A DNA stretch of 63,883 nucleotides, filler included, from Globobulimina sp. (lineage: Eukaryota), in the NCBI GenBank assembly GCA_003354225.1. It is 14 parts of 14 records of this genome, joined end to end, with 100 filler letters (N's around TTAATTAATTAA, not from the genome) between each part and the next. Parts side by side here need not be neighbours in the genome. Positions count along the whole stretch, not along the records: positions 22,875 to 27,347 come from PIVH01001208.1; positions 27,448 to 31,919 come from PIVH01001209.1; positions 32,020 to 36,490 come from PIVH01001210.1; 11 more parts are not named here. The stretch is one strand, 5' to 3'. This document shows, one piece after another, positions 22,875-34,694 of this stretch (positions within the stretch are counted from its first letter, which is position 1; every line of letters begins with the position of its first letter). The position numbers and the translations under genes were made by a program. The notes beneath the pieces are model-generated. The model ran no database searches. It saw only the letters and a program-made list of their open reading frames with translations, and was not told the origin of the DNA.

Positions 22875-24100
22875 TTATTATCCTGTATCAAATCAACTTC
22901 CTCAAATGCATCTTCCTCATCCTCTAAAAACGCATTAACATCATTATCCCCATCATCATCCCCATAAATATCAATATTCAGTTTAGTCAAATCTGGCAAA
23001 TCATCAATATCCATTTCAGTTTGAATAGCTTCCAAAGTTTCCTTCAATTTCATATTCAATGTATTTGTAGATTCCATCAATAAAATCTATTACAAACAAA
23101 ACTAAATTAACTTATAATTAAAAGAAACATACACTTAACAGATTGCGCATTGTTAAACCAAACAGCTGCTTCTTTCTTTTTGTCCAATTTATAAAAACAA
23201 AACGATCCGAGCGCCCAACATTCGCCAATTGCATCATTTGCATTGACCAAACTCCTTAAAATAACAATACATTTTTCATATTGTTGCAATTCAATGCCCA
23301 ACTTAACAATCTTCAGAAATGAGTCGATTGAAAGTGATTTCTCGCAGAAAATGTCCAATTTGTCATCATCCATTTTGTGTTCACTGTCTTTGTTCAAAAA
23401 TAGCTTTTTAATGGAGACATTGAAATATTTTATAGCATCAACAGTATTCTGTTGACAGTGTCTCAATTCAGCAAAAGTTGCATAAGTCTCAATGTTGTCC
23501 ATATCAAACTGCAAAGATAGATTCAAATATTGTTCGCATGTTACGTCAGCACCTTTGTCTCCACATAAATCCGTCATATATAGCTCCGCAATGGATACAT
23601 ACACCGATGATATTTCATATTTTAACGATGATGTGATTTTATTGTCAGTTTTGTGATTTTCATTTTTGAGAATTTTGTTTTTCATTAATTCGATGCCTTT
23701 CTCAAATGCGGATTTTGCAGCATTGCCATAGCATTGTTGTCCAATATAGAGATAATTTGATTCGTTTTCGTTTGGTGACAGTTGGATGCTCTTTAGAAAT
23801 GAGTAAGTATTTTATAATGTAATTAATTATGAATATGATTAAACATCAAATTACGGTAAGAAAGAAAAGGATATCGCTACTTATCTTGTGCGCTTGCAAA
23901 GGTTCACCATGTTCAACATACATTAGAGCTAATTTGTGATGCAATAATGCATTGTTTGGTTGTTGTTTAATTGCATCTTCGTAGTATTTGGCTGCTATTC
24001 CAGGACTAAATTGCTCAAATGCTTGTTCAGCGAATTTGATCAGTTGAGCCACTGATAATGCACTTTGTGGTGTTTTGCATTCTTCTGGTGAGGTGTTCAT
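22875..24100 (-). CDS. ACL4: TPR protein, assembly chaperone of Rpl4, 3'-partial; exons 24100-23885, 23802-23140, 23086-22875
   Basis: TPR repeats, NYLYIGQ, SIAELYMTDLC...CEQYL, acidic tail. Intron 23087-23139 is GT-AG; the first intron is best modelled as AT-AC at 23803-23884. Confidence 0.8.
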
Positions 24101-24277
24101 GATATACTTCAAAAACAGTTTTTTACTTAATGGCAGACTCAGAAAATAAGGGGTGTCGAAAGGTGCATGAATTCTTCTTGTGATGTTTTGTATTCTTCTT
24201 GTGATGTTTGACCTGATGTTTGTGAGCGGTTCGGGGTTTGAAATGCGGAGCGAACTCAGCCTAAAAAAGATTATCTC

Positions 24278-25468
24278 ATGACAGAGATTAAGGTCGATCC
24301 TGAAAAGGAAGATAAAAATGTTTCCACCAAGCAAATAAACGAAAAAGAGCATACAAACTCTTCAGCACCGTTCCATGTTTCAAATATATTGCATTCAACA
24401 TTTGGAATTGATCATTATCCAAATTATTTGCACCGATTCAGTTTAAACAATATATCACAATTAGAACAGCAATTATTATCACAATTAAACCACGTACAAT
24501 CCGCCAAACAACAGCTAACACAAATTGTGGAGTTATCGAAACCATTCGACGGGATATTAAATAAAGACAACAATAAGCTAATAAACAGTATATTACATAG
24601 CAAGTTATTACCATTTGTTAAATATAACAAAACCAATAATAAAATATCATTACAATGGGATTGGAATATGGTTTCTGAAATAATGGCAGAGGAAACTGAC
24701 AATGTTTATTCATTTCCATTGTTTGATGCTAAGTTTTGTGACAAATTATTACAACACACAGATGAATATATAAAATACTTTCAAAATATGAATAAAATTA
24801 ATAACCAAACACATAATGAAAATAATGGCATTGAATATTTGTTATCATCGAGACGCAGTGTGTTGGATTGGATGAACATTGGATGGTTAAATGATTTCTT
24901 ATTGCAACAAATTGTCAATCCAATCACAAAATACTTATTTCAAAAAGAAATGTATTATAACTGCAGTGCAGTGGGTGCAGACCACCAAAATAAAAACAAG
25001 TTCACCAAAGAATATCGTTTATTAGATTGGCGACATGGATATATCATTGGTTATAAAGCAAAGAAAGAACTATATGATGATGTCTATGAACAAGGATTGT
25101 CGCAAATATATCAAAGATCCGGTTTGGTGACGCATACTGATGACAGTGAGATTACAATGAATTGCTGTTTGAAGGATGATTTTGAAGGAGGAACATTGAA
25201 TATATTTAATATGCGAGGTACAGAATATAATGCGAAGGGAAAGGGGAATGAAAGCAAATTGGAAACAGAGCTACAATTAAAAAAAGGATATGCAATTATT
25301 CATCGAGGGAGGCAGTTCCATGAAGTAAAGGATATATACAGTGGAGAAAGAGTAGTATTAATTGTTTGGTGTAGGAGTTTAAATGGAGTAAGAAAAGCAA
25401 TATGTCCTTGTTGTTGGTTAAATCGTAGAAATGATTTGAATTGTATTTGCGGACAGTTATGGAATTGA
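24278..25468 (+). CDS. 2OG-Fe(II) oxygenase (OGFOD2/PLOD C-terminal-like)
   Basis: VYSFPLF, HTDDSEITMN (HxD), FEGGTL, HRGRQFHEV, GERVVLIVW; Cys-rich tail. Confidence 0.85.
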   Translation: MTEIKVDPEKEDKNVSTKQINEKEHTNSSAPFHVSNILHSTFGIDHYPNYLHRFSLNNISQLEQQLLSQLNHVQSAKQQLTQIVELSKPFDGILNKDNNKLINSILHSKLLPFVKYNKTNNKISLQWDWNMVSEIMAEETDNVYSFPLFDAKFCDKLLQHTDEYIKYFQNMNKINNQTHNENNGIEYLLSSRRSVLDWMNIGWLNDFLLQQIVNPITKYLFQKEMYYNCSAVGADHQNKNKFTKEYRLLDWRHGYIIGYKAKKELYDDVYEQGLSQIYQRSGLVTHTDDSEITMNCCLKDDFEGGTLNIFNMRGTEYNAKGKGNESKLETELQLKKGYAIIHRGRQFHEVKDIYSGERVVLIVWCRSLNGVRKAICPCCWLNRRNDLNCICGQLWN

Positions 25469-25561
25469 TATCAATCTGTAACATTTATTTTAATTAAAAA
25501 CAGTCCAAACGATTTTTGACTGTGTCACAGTGTCAGTAAGCTCTACATCAAATACATAATC

Positions 25562-27347
25562 ATGAGCGCTGCAAATTCGAGTGATTCATTACTGGCAATT
25601 GACGCATTGATACAGAATTTTAAAACAAGTCCTTTGCGCATGCAATCAAATAGTAACTATTCAGTTGGCGATGTTGTCAGAATCAATCCAATGAAGAAAA
25701 TAAATACCGTCACTTGTTTAGCACGGATTCGAGCAATTAATATTGCGGATGAGGCATTGTTAAAATTATTGAACAATGATACTGATGAGAAAAAAGAAAA
25801 TATTGCCAATAATAACAATATAAAATACATTGGCGTGGAATATTTTAATTGGAAACCGAAAATAAACAATGAGGCGGATTTGATTATAGATGGAGTTATC
25901 AATGGATTGAAGATATTTGATGTTAAAAAAGCAGGATACGGTGCATTTATAAAAGAAACAAACATCATTGGCTCAGCCTTATGGACTAAATATAAATCGC
26001 GAAAAGCATTAAAATTGAAACATTTTCATCATGACACATTTATCAAAGCAGCTAAATATGGATCAATGCCAGTCATTAAACATATGTTCCAAATGAATTC
26101 TTATCCAAATGACCCGTCCATTATAACATTACCTAAGACCAAAGGTGGATATTCTGCTATTTGTCAAGCGATAGCTTGCAATCACTATGAAATTGTTAAA
26201 TTATTATTAAATAATAGCAGCAAACCCAAACAAGCAAATGACTGCAACAATGACTATAAATATACAGTGCCAAAGTTAAGAATATTAAAAGCCCGAAAGA
26301 ATAGCGACGTGCTGCAATCTGCAGATAAGAAAACAAGGTATTATAATCCCATATTATTTGACAAATTATGCAAAGATGGCAATGTAAAAATGTTGCAGTT
26401 ATTGTTGGAATATGATTCATGGCCCATTTATTATAAATATTCATATGGTTTGTATTTAGCTGCAACTGCTGGCAACTTGGAAGTGGTTAAATTATTACTA
26501 AATTATGTCAACGATGCGTCATATATTAACCTTCCATTATGCCGCGATACCAAACAAAGGACAATAATCCCGCAAACCAACTTAAATTTGTTAAATGTGG
26601 CTATAAGCCATCATCGTTTACCAATCGTGGAATATTTGATCACTGAATGGAAATATCGGGAGGTGATTATTAAAAATAAATGCTTATATTATCCAAATAA
26701 GCCCCATATTTTACCAACGTTATTGTACACAGTGTTGGACTGTCATTTACATTTTGAAGAAAGGATCAATTTTACCTGTGATTGTATTGAGTTATTGACA
26801 AAATATTGTGACCCAATTGATATTGGTTTAAATTGGGTGTGTAACAAAAAATTGTCGGCGCAGCAAAATATTATTATTGGTGATCTATCCGCAAATCCAT
26901 ATTTTGATACAAATGTATTAAATATAAATAGGACATTATGTGTTGGCACGTTGTTGGCAGCGCTGGTTTATAAATGTAAAGCGCTATGGGTCGCCTTTCG
27001 CGTTTATGATGAGGAAAAAAAGGGATTACAGCTTGGATTACAAAGATTAATTACTGTGTTGGTACAAAATGGCATGGATTGGAATATTGCCAAATATGAT
27101 ATGAATGTTAAAAATATAATAATGAAATATACGACATTTCCACATTGGAATATGACGGATTTGGATGTTGATATTTGTGATGATGAGGATTTTGTTAAAT
27201 TTTTCAGGCAAACTGTATCAAACTGTATTGATGTTTTTCGGGGGATTTGGTTGAATGCATTTCTTACTTTTTATAAAGAGGATGCATTGATGGCAAATAT
27301 ATTTAAATGGTATGTTTTGGATTTTGTTGTTCCACCGAATGATATTT
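25562..27347 (+). CDS. CAP-Gly-like plus ankyrin-repeat protein, 3'-partial
   Basis: YIGVEY...DGVINGLKIF...GAFIK (CAP-Gly-like); ankyrin repeats AAKYG, AIACNHYEIVKLLL, AATAGNLEVVKLLL. Confidence 0.7.
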
Positions 27348-27453
27348 NNNNNNNNNNNNNNNNNNNNNNNNNNNNNNNNNNNNNNNNNNNNTTAATTAAT
27401 TAANNNNNNNNNNNNNNNNNNNNNNNNNNNNNNNNNNNNNNNNNNNNAAACAC

Positions 27454-28637
27454 ATGCCCAACACCAGACGTAAACATAAGGGCAAAAAGAAAAAAAAATC
27501 AACACCAAAATCAAAAGAACTGCCATGCAACAAACCAGAATTCTACATCAAACTCACACGCACCCAACAACACTCATTGATTGCTGGCTATTTTCTAATT
27601 CATAAAAAGCTATGCCCAACAGATCTAATGTCAGTAATTCAATCCTTTTATAACGACGTCACTTATCAATATACTATATCCACTCAAGAATTCCAAACCA
27701 AATTCATTGACGCATTGCCAGGCGATCAACTAACATCGAATACATTTGATATCTCCTTAAATAGTCACATATTTACTTTTCAATTATCAGTGTTTCCAAA
27801 TGGATCAGGGACCAACAATGGCTCTGTTGATTTAAATATTGAATGTTTAACAGATTTGGCAGTTTATGATATACTCAAACTGAGCTTTTATCTCATTCTG
27901 TATTGTCCAGAAACAGGCAACGAAACGAGAGGATGCAGAGTCATTACAAACAAGGACAAAGTGCGAAGATGGGCTGGCTACTCAATGAAATTAACGCAAT
28001 GTCACAAATACTCTCAAATGAATTTCAAATGTTATGTGGATTTACTGAGGTATATAAGTCACTGTATTTTGAGCATTTGATGTAAAAACATATTATATAT
28101 ATATATATGAAAAGGATTGAATATATTACGAAAAAAACACATTACCATAGTGATAATGACGGGAATATAATGAATTCAAACATTGAATTTAACTTTGAGA
28201 TCACAAAGAAGTTTGCAAGTATTTGGGGACAGTTGTATTATTCGAATAATTTCAATTCAAATTATTGGACAGCGCTCTGTATCCCAGAGGGACATAGTTT
28301 TGATGAAAGAAGTAATTTTAAATTGCGATTGAGATTACTTCGAATGCCCTTTGAAGTGAATTACATGCAAATTAAGTTTTTGATGATGATCAAAGGTTTT
28401 GAGAAGCACGGAATATGTAAGAATGCAATATTTACCATCAATAATGATGATAATAAGAATAATTATCATCTGACATTTGATGCTCAGCAGTCTGTGTTGT
28501 TGAGTAAGTTATCGGTATGGACTGCGAGCGTAACTATACAAGTTATGAAATTGTTTGATTTTAAGGAGAAACCAATACCGCCACAACTATGGAGTGAGCA
28601 TAATGTTATTTATCAGTGGGATCCGGTTAAATTGTAA
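27454..28637 (+). CDS. MATH/TRAF-like beta-domain protein; exons 27454-28049 and 28115-28637
   Basis: SNTF...FQLSVFPNG..NNGSVDLNI and YSNNF..YWTALCIPEG resemble two MATH domains; 65-nt intron joins the frames. Confidence 0.6.
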
Positions 28638-28953
28638 TTGTTTATCAGTAACGAGTATATATGTCATGCCTCTGTGTTTTAGTGTTACTTTGTTTACGAC
28701 GAACATAAACAATGAATTGATTTGAAATATTTTAAATACCGTATCTTATTTTTGGTTCAAGATATCGTAAATCTGAAAAAGTTCCCACTTAATAGTTCCC
28801 ACAATTGCATTGTGCATGCATTTTTGTACAAATATCACAACTAATTTTGAATTCAGATTACTACTCTAATACTATTTACGTGCATCAGGAACGCTAAATA
28901 TCCCATCAAAACTCCTCAGAGAAAACTGCAAAACTAAAACTGTCAGCAGTCAT

Positions 28954-29821
28954 ATGGCAGCCGATCATGATGCTCTAGAATTATTGAAATGTATGCAACA
29001 GTTGACAGTATATGGATATGTCCGAACGATTGAGACAGTTTTCATCAATAAAATAATCCCACAATGCATCATCCAAATAATTCTGCAGTATTTTGCTCAG
29101 GTTAAGTTATAAGCATAATTCACTACACACTGCACAACGACGCTAATGGCATGTACGCAGTGCAGGAAATATTGGAAAAATAAAAATCCGACCAACTGTC
29201 GTTGTGCAGCGTGTGCATCTCACTGCATCGGTTGTTAATTAATCAAGTAATTATAACTAACTGTGTCAGATTGGAATTTATTTTATGAATTCAAAAGTTA
29301 AATGTATAAAACACAAGTTTGAAGATGGACATCTTATTCAAACATTGAAAATTCCGTATGAATGGCATGACTTTTCGGCACCGACATGTTATTCACAAAA
29401 AATGGCACATAATCCACAACAACCTATTTATGCATGGACACTAAACTGCAAAGGAAGGCATCCAAATGATATGATTGGCATTGCAGCGCGGAATGATAAT
29501 ATTGATGGTAAACATTGGATGCAATGTGAAGGTGGAGGTTGTTTTTGGTGGAATCATGCTGGAATATGGGCACATTTCGATGGTTATGATGTTAAATATG
29601 ATGCAGAATGGAATGTAAAATCATCACTGTTGTTTGCTGAATGGAAGGGAGGAGATTCAATCGCTGTACAGTTAGATATGGAAAACGAGACAATATCATT
29701 TTTAAAGAATGGAAATAAAGTATTTGATTTTGTGAAATTGGCACTGGAACCTCAAGTATCTGAATGGTACGCATTTGTTGCGCTCGCAGGGTCTTACAGT
29801 CACTATACACACCAAGTGTAA
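28954..29821 (+). CDS. SPRY/B30.2-like protein; exons 28954-29100 and 29270-29821
   Basis: N-terminal LTVYGYVR..IPQCIIQIILQY motif; MIGIA, WKGGDSIAVQLDMENETISFLKNG, WYAFV; 169-nt GT-AG intron. Confidence 0.75.
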
Positions 29822-30156
29822 TAACATAGTATTTATCGCATCACCATTTGTTCATAAACAAAAACTTCGTGCAAAAGTCTATAAACTGTGCATTGTATGG
29901 AGATGGACAAGAAACAAAAGTACGGATTTAGTGACGACGAAAACAACATATGTGACAATCCGAGCATTGATCGTTCCGAAATTTGTTTAGTCAAAGAAAA
30001 TTAACAGAAAATATGACATAAGTCATTCAATTACTTTTTAAAAAAAGAACCAGAATCACATATAAATCACCTTAAACATTTCTATTTATTTAATATAAAA
30101 ATAACTCGAAAAAAAAAGCAACATACAAATTAATTGACATCTCATCGATTAATTTG

Positions 30157-30846
30157 TTACGATATGGTAGGGAATAATGATAAATCCGCGTCAAAATTTT
30201 TTAACTCGATTTCAAATTCAGAGTCATCCTCCGATGGACTATACTGTTCACCATTTACTATCAATTGATTCTCCTTTATATATCGGTCAACATCGTCACT
30301 ACTTTCACCCAAATGATAGCTCTGCGACGATTTCTTATTTATTTTGTTGATTACATGTATTGTATCACTGTCATATTCGTTATCATCCTCAAATTCCAAT
30401 GCATCATAATAGGTATTGAGTGTATGCTGTTTTGTGTTTGATACTGTTAATTCGTTATAGGCAGCGGTTATGACAGGAATTGCTTTTATTTTAAATGTGC
30501 TCGTACTCACAATATTATTGTTATTATTGTCATTGTGATTGCCATTGTTATCATCATTATTATGACCGGTATTATTGTTATGATCATTATTGAATGAATG
30601 CGGGTGTGATTCTCTGTGATTTGATGAATTTTGCTCATTTATGTCATGACTGTGGTCTTCTTCATTGTCAATAGATTGGAGCTTTTCAGCTAATGATGAT
30701 AACATTTCAGCGATATTTGGATCGTTTTCTTCGTTTTCTTCGTTTTTTTGTATTTTCGCTCCAAAAAATGTAAACTTGAGGTAGATTATGTAGCATATTG
30801 TTGATATGATCAATGAATAATATTCAATAGATAATGTGTGCATCAT
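30157..30846 (-). CDS. Hypothetical single-TM protein with Asn/acidic low-complexity body
   Basis: ATG at 30846 followed by a TM helix; divergent from the gene at 30941. Confidence 0.55.
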   Translation of the reverse strand: MMHTLSIEYYSLIISTICYIIYLKFTFFGAKIQKNEENEENDPNIAEMLSSLAEKLQSIDNEEDHSHDINEQNSSNHRESHPHSFNNDHNNNTGHNNDDNNGNHNDNNNNNIVSTSTFKIKAIPVITAAYNELTVSNTKQHTLNTYYDALEFEDDNEYDSDTIHVINKINKKSSQSYHLGESSDDVDRYIKENQLIVNGEQYSPSEDDSEFEIELKNFDADLSLFPTIS

Positions 30847-30940
30847 TTGCTTTGTGTGTTGGTGGTATTGTGCTATTAAAAAAAACGTAAACTGTTTAAC
30901 TATGAAAAAAAACGCTCTGACATCTATCTTGCATCGAACA

Positions 30941-31919
30941 ATGTCGACAATCAAGTCAACTGACAAAGCACTTGCCAGATATTATAAATTGCACGGCCGT
31001 AGTTATTTCGATAGCGATGGAATAGGTAAATTTATGGCAACATGCGATGTTAAGTGGTATATTGAGATAAGCATAATCCGTATAAAACAAAACCAAATCA
31101 GGAAAATGGATTTGTAGATGAAGATTTAGCGGATGAAATACTGAATACCACTGCTGATGATTGCATGCTTTTAGAGTTTGATGAGAACTTTCCAGCAGTC
31201 ACAAAGGGTGATCTTGAGGCAATTTATAACATCTTAAAAGAGTGTTACCTCAATGGTCCAGATGCAGAATTTGGCGACAAAAACAAACCAAAAAAAGCCT
31301 TTGAATGTTATCCATCCATATTATACACACATATTTGCATCGATATCCGTACACATGTAATATTTAGATGTAAAATCGGCGTACGACATATCAGACAAAG
31401 ACAAAGAAGACATAACCAAAGCGTATAAGAAGCAGTGTCCAGAGTCATTTCTCAATGCAATGTTGAAAGACGACTCTACATTTAAATTAATGATGATTGG
31501 TCGCAAAAATGATGAGCCATATATTCAAAATTTAGTGGATGATTATCTTCGCTGTCGAGTGGAAAAATGGGTTAAAGATAAACAGCCATTGACAGTGACA
31601 CAATGGTCTTTGGATCATACACATTTTAAAATGATCAAACATATATCACGCAGCACACATGCGCTCGTTTTGGCTGCGGTCAAAGGCTTTAGTTCACGCA
31701 TTTGCCCTGTTTTATTATTCCAACCTGTTGCTAAAATAAAAGGTATGTGATACAGTTATATTTGCAGCACAGTATACCCTCAAAAATGAATCATGCGCAG
31801 GTTCGTTGCAACAGACTGCAGAGCTGATGTTTTCAGCAATTAATTTTGTTTCTGGGCTATCTAAAAACGACCAGGAAAGTTGCCCATTTCAGATGGATTT
31901 TTGTGTTGGTTTTAATCCA
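30941..31919 (+). CDS. Hypothetical protein, 3'-partial; introns 31049-31101, 31307-31367, 31743-31800
   Basis: Three GT-AG introns join four ORF pieces in frame (ALARYY...YFDSDGIGKF..CDENGF...EFDENFP). Confidence 0.7.
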
Positions 31920-32275
31920 NNNNNNNNNNNNNNNNNNNNNNNNNNNNNNNNNNNNNNNNNNNNTTAATTAATTAANNNNNNNNNNNNNNNNNNNNNNNNN
32001 NNNNNNNNNNNNNNNNNNNGATAAATCATCCCATTCCATCTAATTTTTTATGATGATGCTTAACGAGATCAAGCATATCTTAATTAAAGATAATTTGGGT
32101 TCAAATCACAATCATCACATTTTGTTTTGTTTGTTTTGCATGTAGGTGCTTTGAGTGCAGATCTATAGAAACGGTAAACAAACTGTAAATATAAAAAAGT
32201 GACAAAAATGAATCTGCAGCAGTTTAAATAGGCATAGCGAATGCAAGCTGTTTGATAAGTTTGCTTTTTTTTTTT

Positions 32276-33288
32276 TCTGTGAAAACCTTTCAAATAAGTT
32301 AAATTTAAATAAACTCAACAAAATTGAGATTGATTTTGTCTTGCTAGACAACACATGTGTTGTAGCAATGACAGCAAAACCAACACGAAGGACGTCAGGA
32401 CGCTTAGTATGTAACCCACTATTATGGTCCAATCGATATAGGTAACCCAAAAAAAAAGAATCAAACAAAAATATACTAATGTAAAACAGAGCTTGGATAT
32501 CTTTTATCTATTATCCGCTGTGTTTTATTATAAAAAACATATAAAAAAGATAAAATAAACAAGGATGAATTAATTATATAGTAATTGTTGTTTAATATAA
32601 TTTTAGTTTTTTATTGTGATGTACAAAAATAAATAATTTAATTACTCATCGCTTCACACCCTATACAAACCATATCAAAGTTTGTAAAAATAAAATAATA
32701 ATAATAAAATATACTATAGAATAACTCACGGAATAATATTTTAATTTGCAAAATGAAACATAATAAATAACATCGCAGGAATATACCATAAATATAACGG
32801 TAAAGGAATAAAAAATGTTGATAATCATTCCCAGCATAATAATACGTAATAGATAATCGCCATAAATAATTTGCAAATGCTAATAATTAACAGCTGCCCA
32901 ATACATTGAATTTTGTGTAAAAAATAATTATTTGAGACTGCGAAAATGCGGGTATTTGAAACTGCGGAATTGCTGAATAATATTTATGATTTAGCTATAA
33001 TTTATTGATGATTTAGTTCGGATTGTATGGTGTTTGATGTTCGGTATTTGCTATTTAATGTTTAATGTTTAATATTTAAATATATAGTATTAAATGTCTG
33101 TGGTCTTTGGTCTTTGGTCTTTGATATTTGGTATTTGATATTTGGTATTTGTCTGCAATTATTGGCTGCAACCTTCCATTTCTATCACATTCTAATGGAA
33201 ATCCCATTGTTTAATAGTAGTACCAAGTAGCAATAGGGGTGCCATCATTAGAGGATGGGAGTCAACTTACTTGAAAGGTTTTCACAGA
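32276..33288. repeat. 25-bp inverted repeat pair (32276-32300 / 33264-33288) bracketing ~1 kb of non-coding DNA
   Basis: TCTGTGAAAACCTTTCAAATAAGTT vs AACTTACTTGAAAGGTTTTCACAGA, 1 mismatch. Confidence 0.7.
33101..33150. repeat. 7-bp tandem repeat (TGGTCTT/TGATATT/TGGTATT)
   Basis: Seven degenerate heptamers visible directly. Confidence 0.8.
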
Positions 33289-33357
33289 TAAGTTTGCTGA
33301 AAAAAATGAAAAAACTTTTTGAACAGAAAAAAATTTGCAGCATTATCGGAGAGGCCT

Positions 33358-34137
33358 ATTGTTTCAATCACTTTATTATACAGAATATTTTTCCAAGTCA
33401 ATGCTGCCATGGCTTTAGGTCTCTGTTTTATTTGTTTGACGATATAATATTGTTTTTATACGTATTTGCAATGAAATCATATAAATTAATAATTATACAA
33501 TCTCGATCGATGATATGCAGATAATAAATATGGTTTATTGACTTTATTCATAATGTAATGACATTAAACATATATATAATTAAGCCATTGTCCAAATTAC
33601 AGATCCATCATATTTAGATATTAATTTTTCGATCACAAAATAAATCACAAACACGTGATCGATCATAAAATAAAATTTAAAATAATTGCATAGTAATTTT
33701 GAGTTTAATTAAATTATTTATGTAATGAAAATTGAGTGAGAGATTATATAATTAAGATATAATCCGCATATTCACCAACAATGACACAAGTAATATATAA
33801 TTGGAGCAAAAGGAAGAATTTTACCATTATCAGATATTTGAAACGTATTATAATTTAATATATAGCCATTTTAGCTTTGATATTGTATTTAACTGCCTCT
33901 TGTTATCATTCTCTGTGGCATATAATATTTTGCGATGCATCTTTTAATTTACAACATTATTTTTGTACCATTACGAGCAAAGAGTCGATCGATATTGTAT
34001 AATTATTAATTTATATGATTTCATTGCAAATACGTATAAAAACAATATTATATCGTCAAACAAAGAAAACAGAGACCTAAAGCCATGGCAGCATTGACTT
34101 GGAAAAATATTCTGTATAATAAAGTGATTGAAACAAT
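33358..34137. repeat. ~153-bp inverted duplication (33358-33510 / 33985-34137) around a ~475-bp spacer
   Basis: Arms are reverse complements with about 2 mismatches; also seen as near-identical short ORFs on opposite strands in the ORF track. Confidence 0.9.
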
Positions 34138-34694
34138 TGTCACAGCTTCTTGTATTGGACACATAACAAACAGTATTCAAACGTGTGATCAACTTTTCAA
34201 AAAGTGAAAATTTGATCATGTCTAACTTTGTCAATTCGAAGAATTGAAGTCTCTCCTTTTAGAACCTATCTGATGAGTACGAGTACAATTCATACACAAT
34301 ACAACAACGCACAAGTCAAGCAAAATGACGAAAGAGTTAGTGTGCTCATACCTAGAACTAAAAGCAAAAACTCTACAACTTAAGTTTTTGAGCTTGCGTA
34401 CTTTAACTTTTTTGTGTTGACTTGACACAATGGCAGGTTTTGGAGATTTAGAATCTCAAATAGAATATGTCAAACGCTCCCTGGGAATGGGAGCCCTCGA
34501 GCCTAAAAAGTCAAATGTTATCTAGATCTAACTTTTGTACGTGCATCATGATAGAAACAGAAAAAGCAGAGTGAAAGCAGTTCCTAACTGTTGGGCATCA
34601 CCGACACCCGGCACATGTACGTCTTATTAAGATGAACTCACAAAGAGTTGTTGCATACTTTACACGCTAGAAATGTATAAATATGAAACAAATA

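Noticed and set aside
23865-23874. U12 donor ATATCCTTT as the true ACL4 5' splice site
   Set aside because: No nearby AC or AG acceptor gives an in-frame product, and no U12 branch box is visible near the 3' end.
30836-30966. Apparent antisense overlap between ORFs 30157-30966 and 30836-31117
   Set aside because: Caused by alternative-start extension. The likely ATGs (30846 minus, 30941 plus) are divergent and do not overlap.
34245-34365. Hammerhead-ribozyme-like core (CTGATGAG...ACGAAA)
   Set aside because: Stem II has only 2 bp, and stem I cannot be formed next to the core in either the type I or type III topology.
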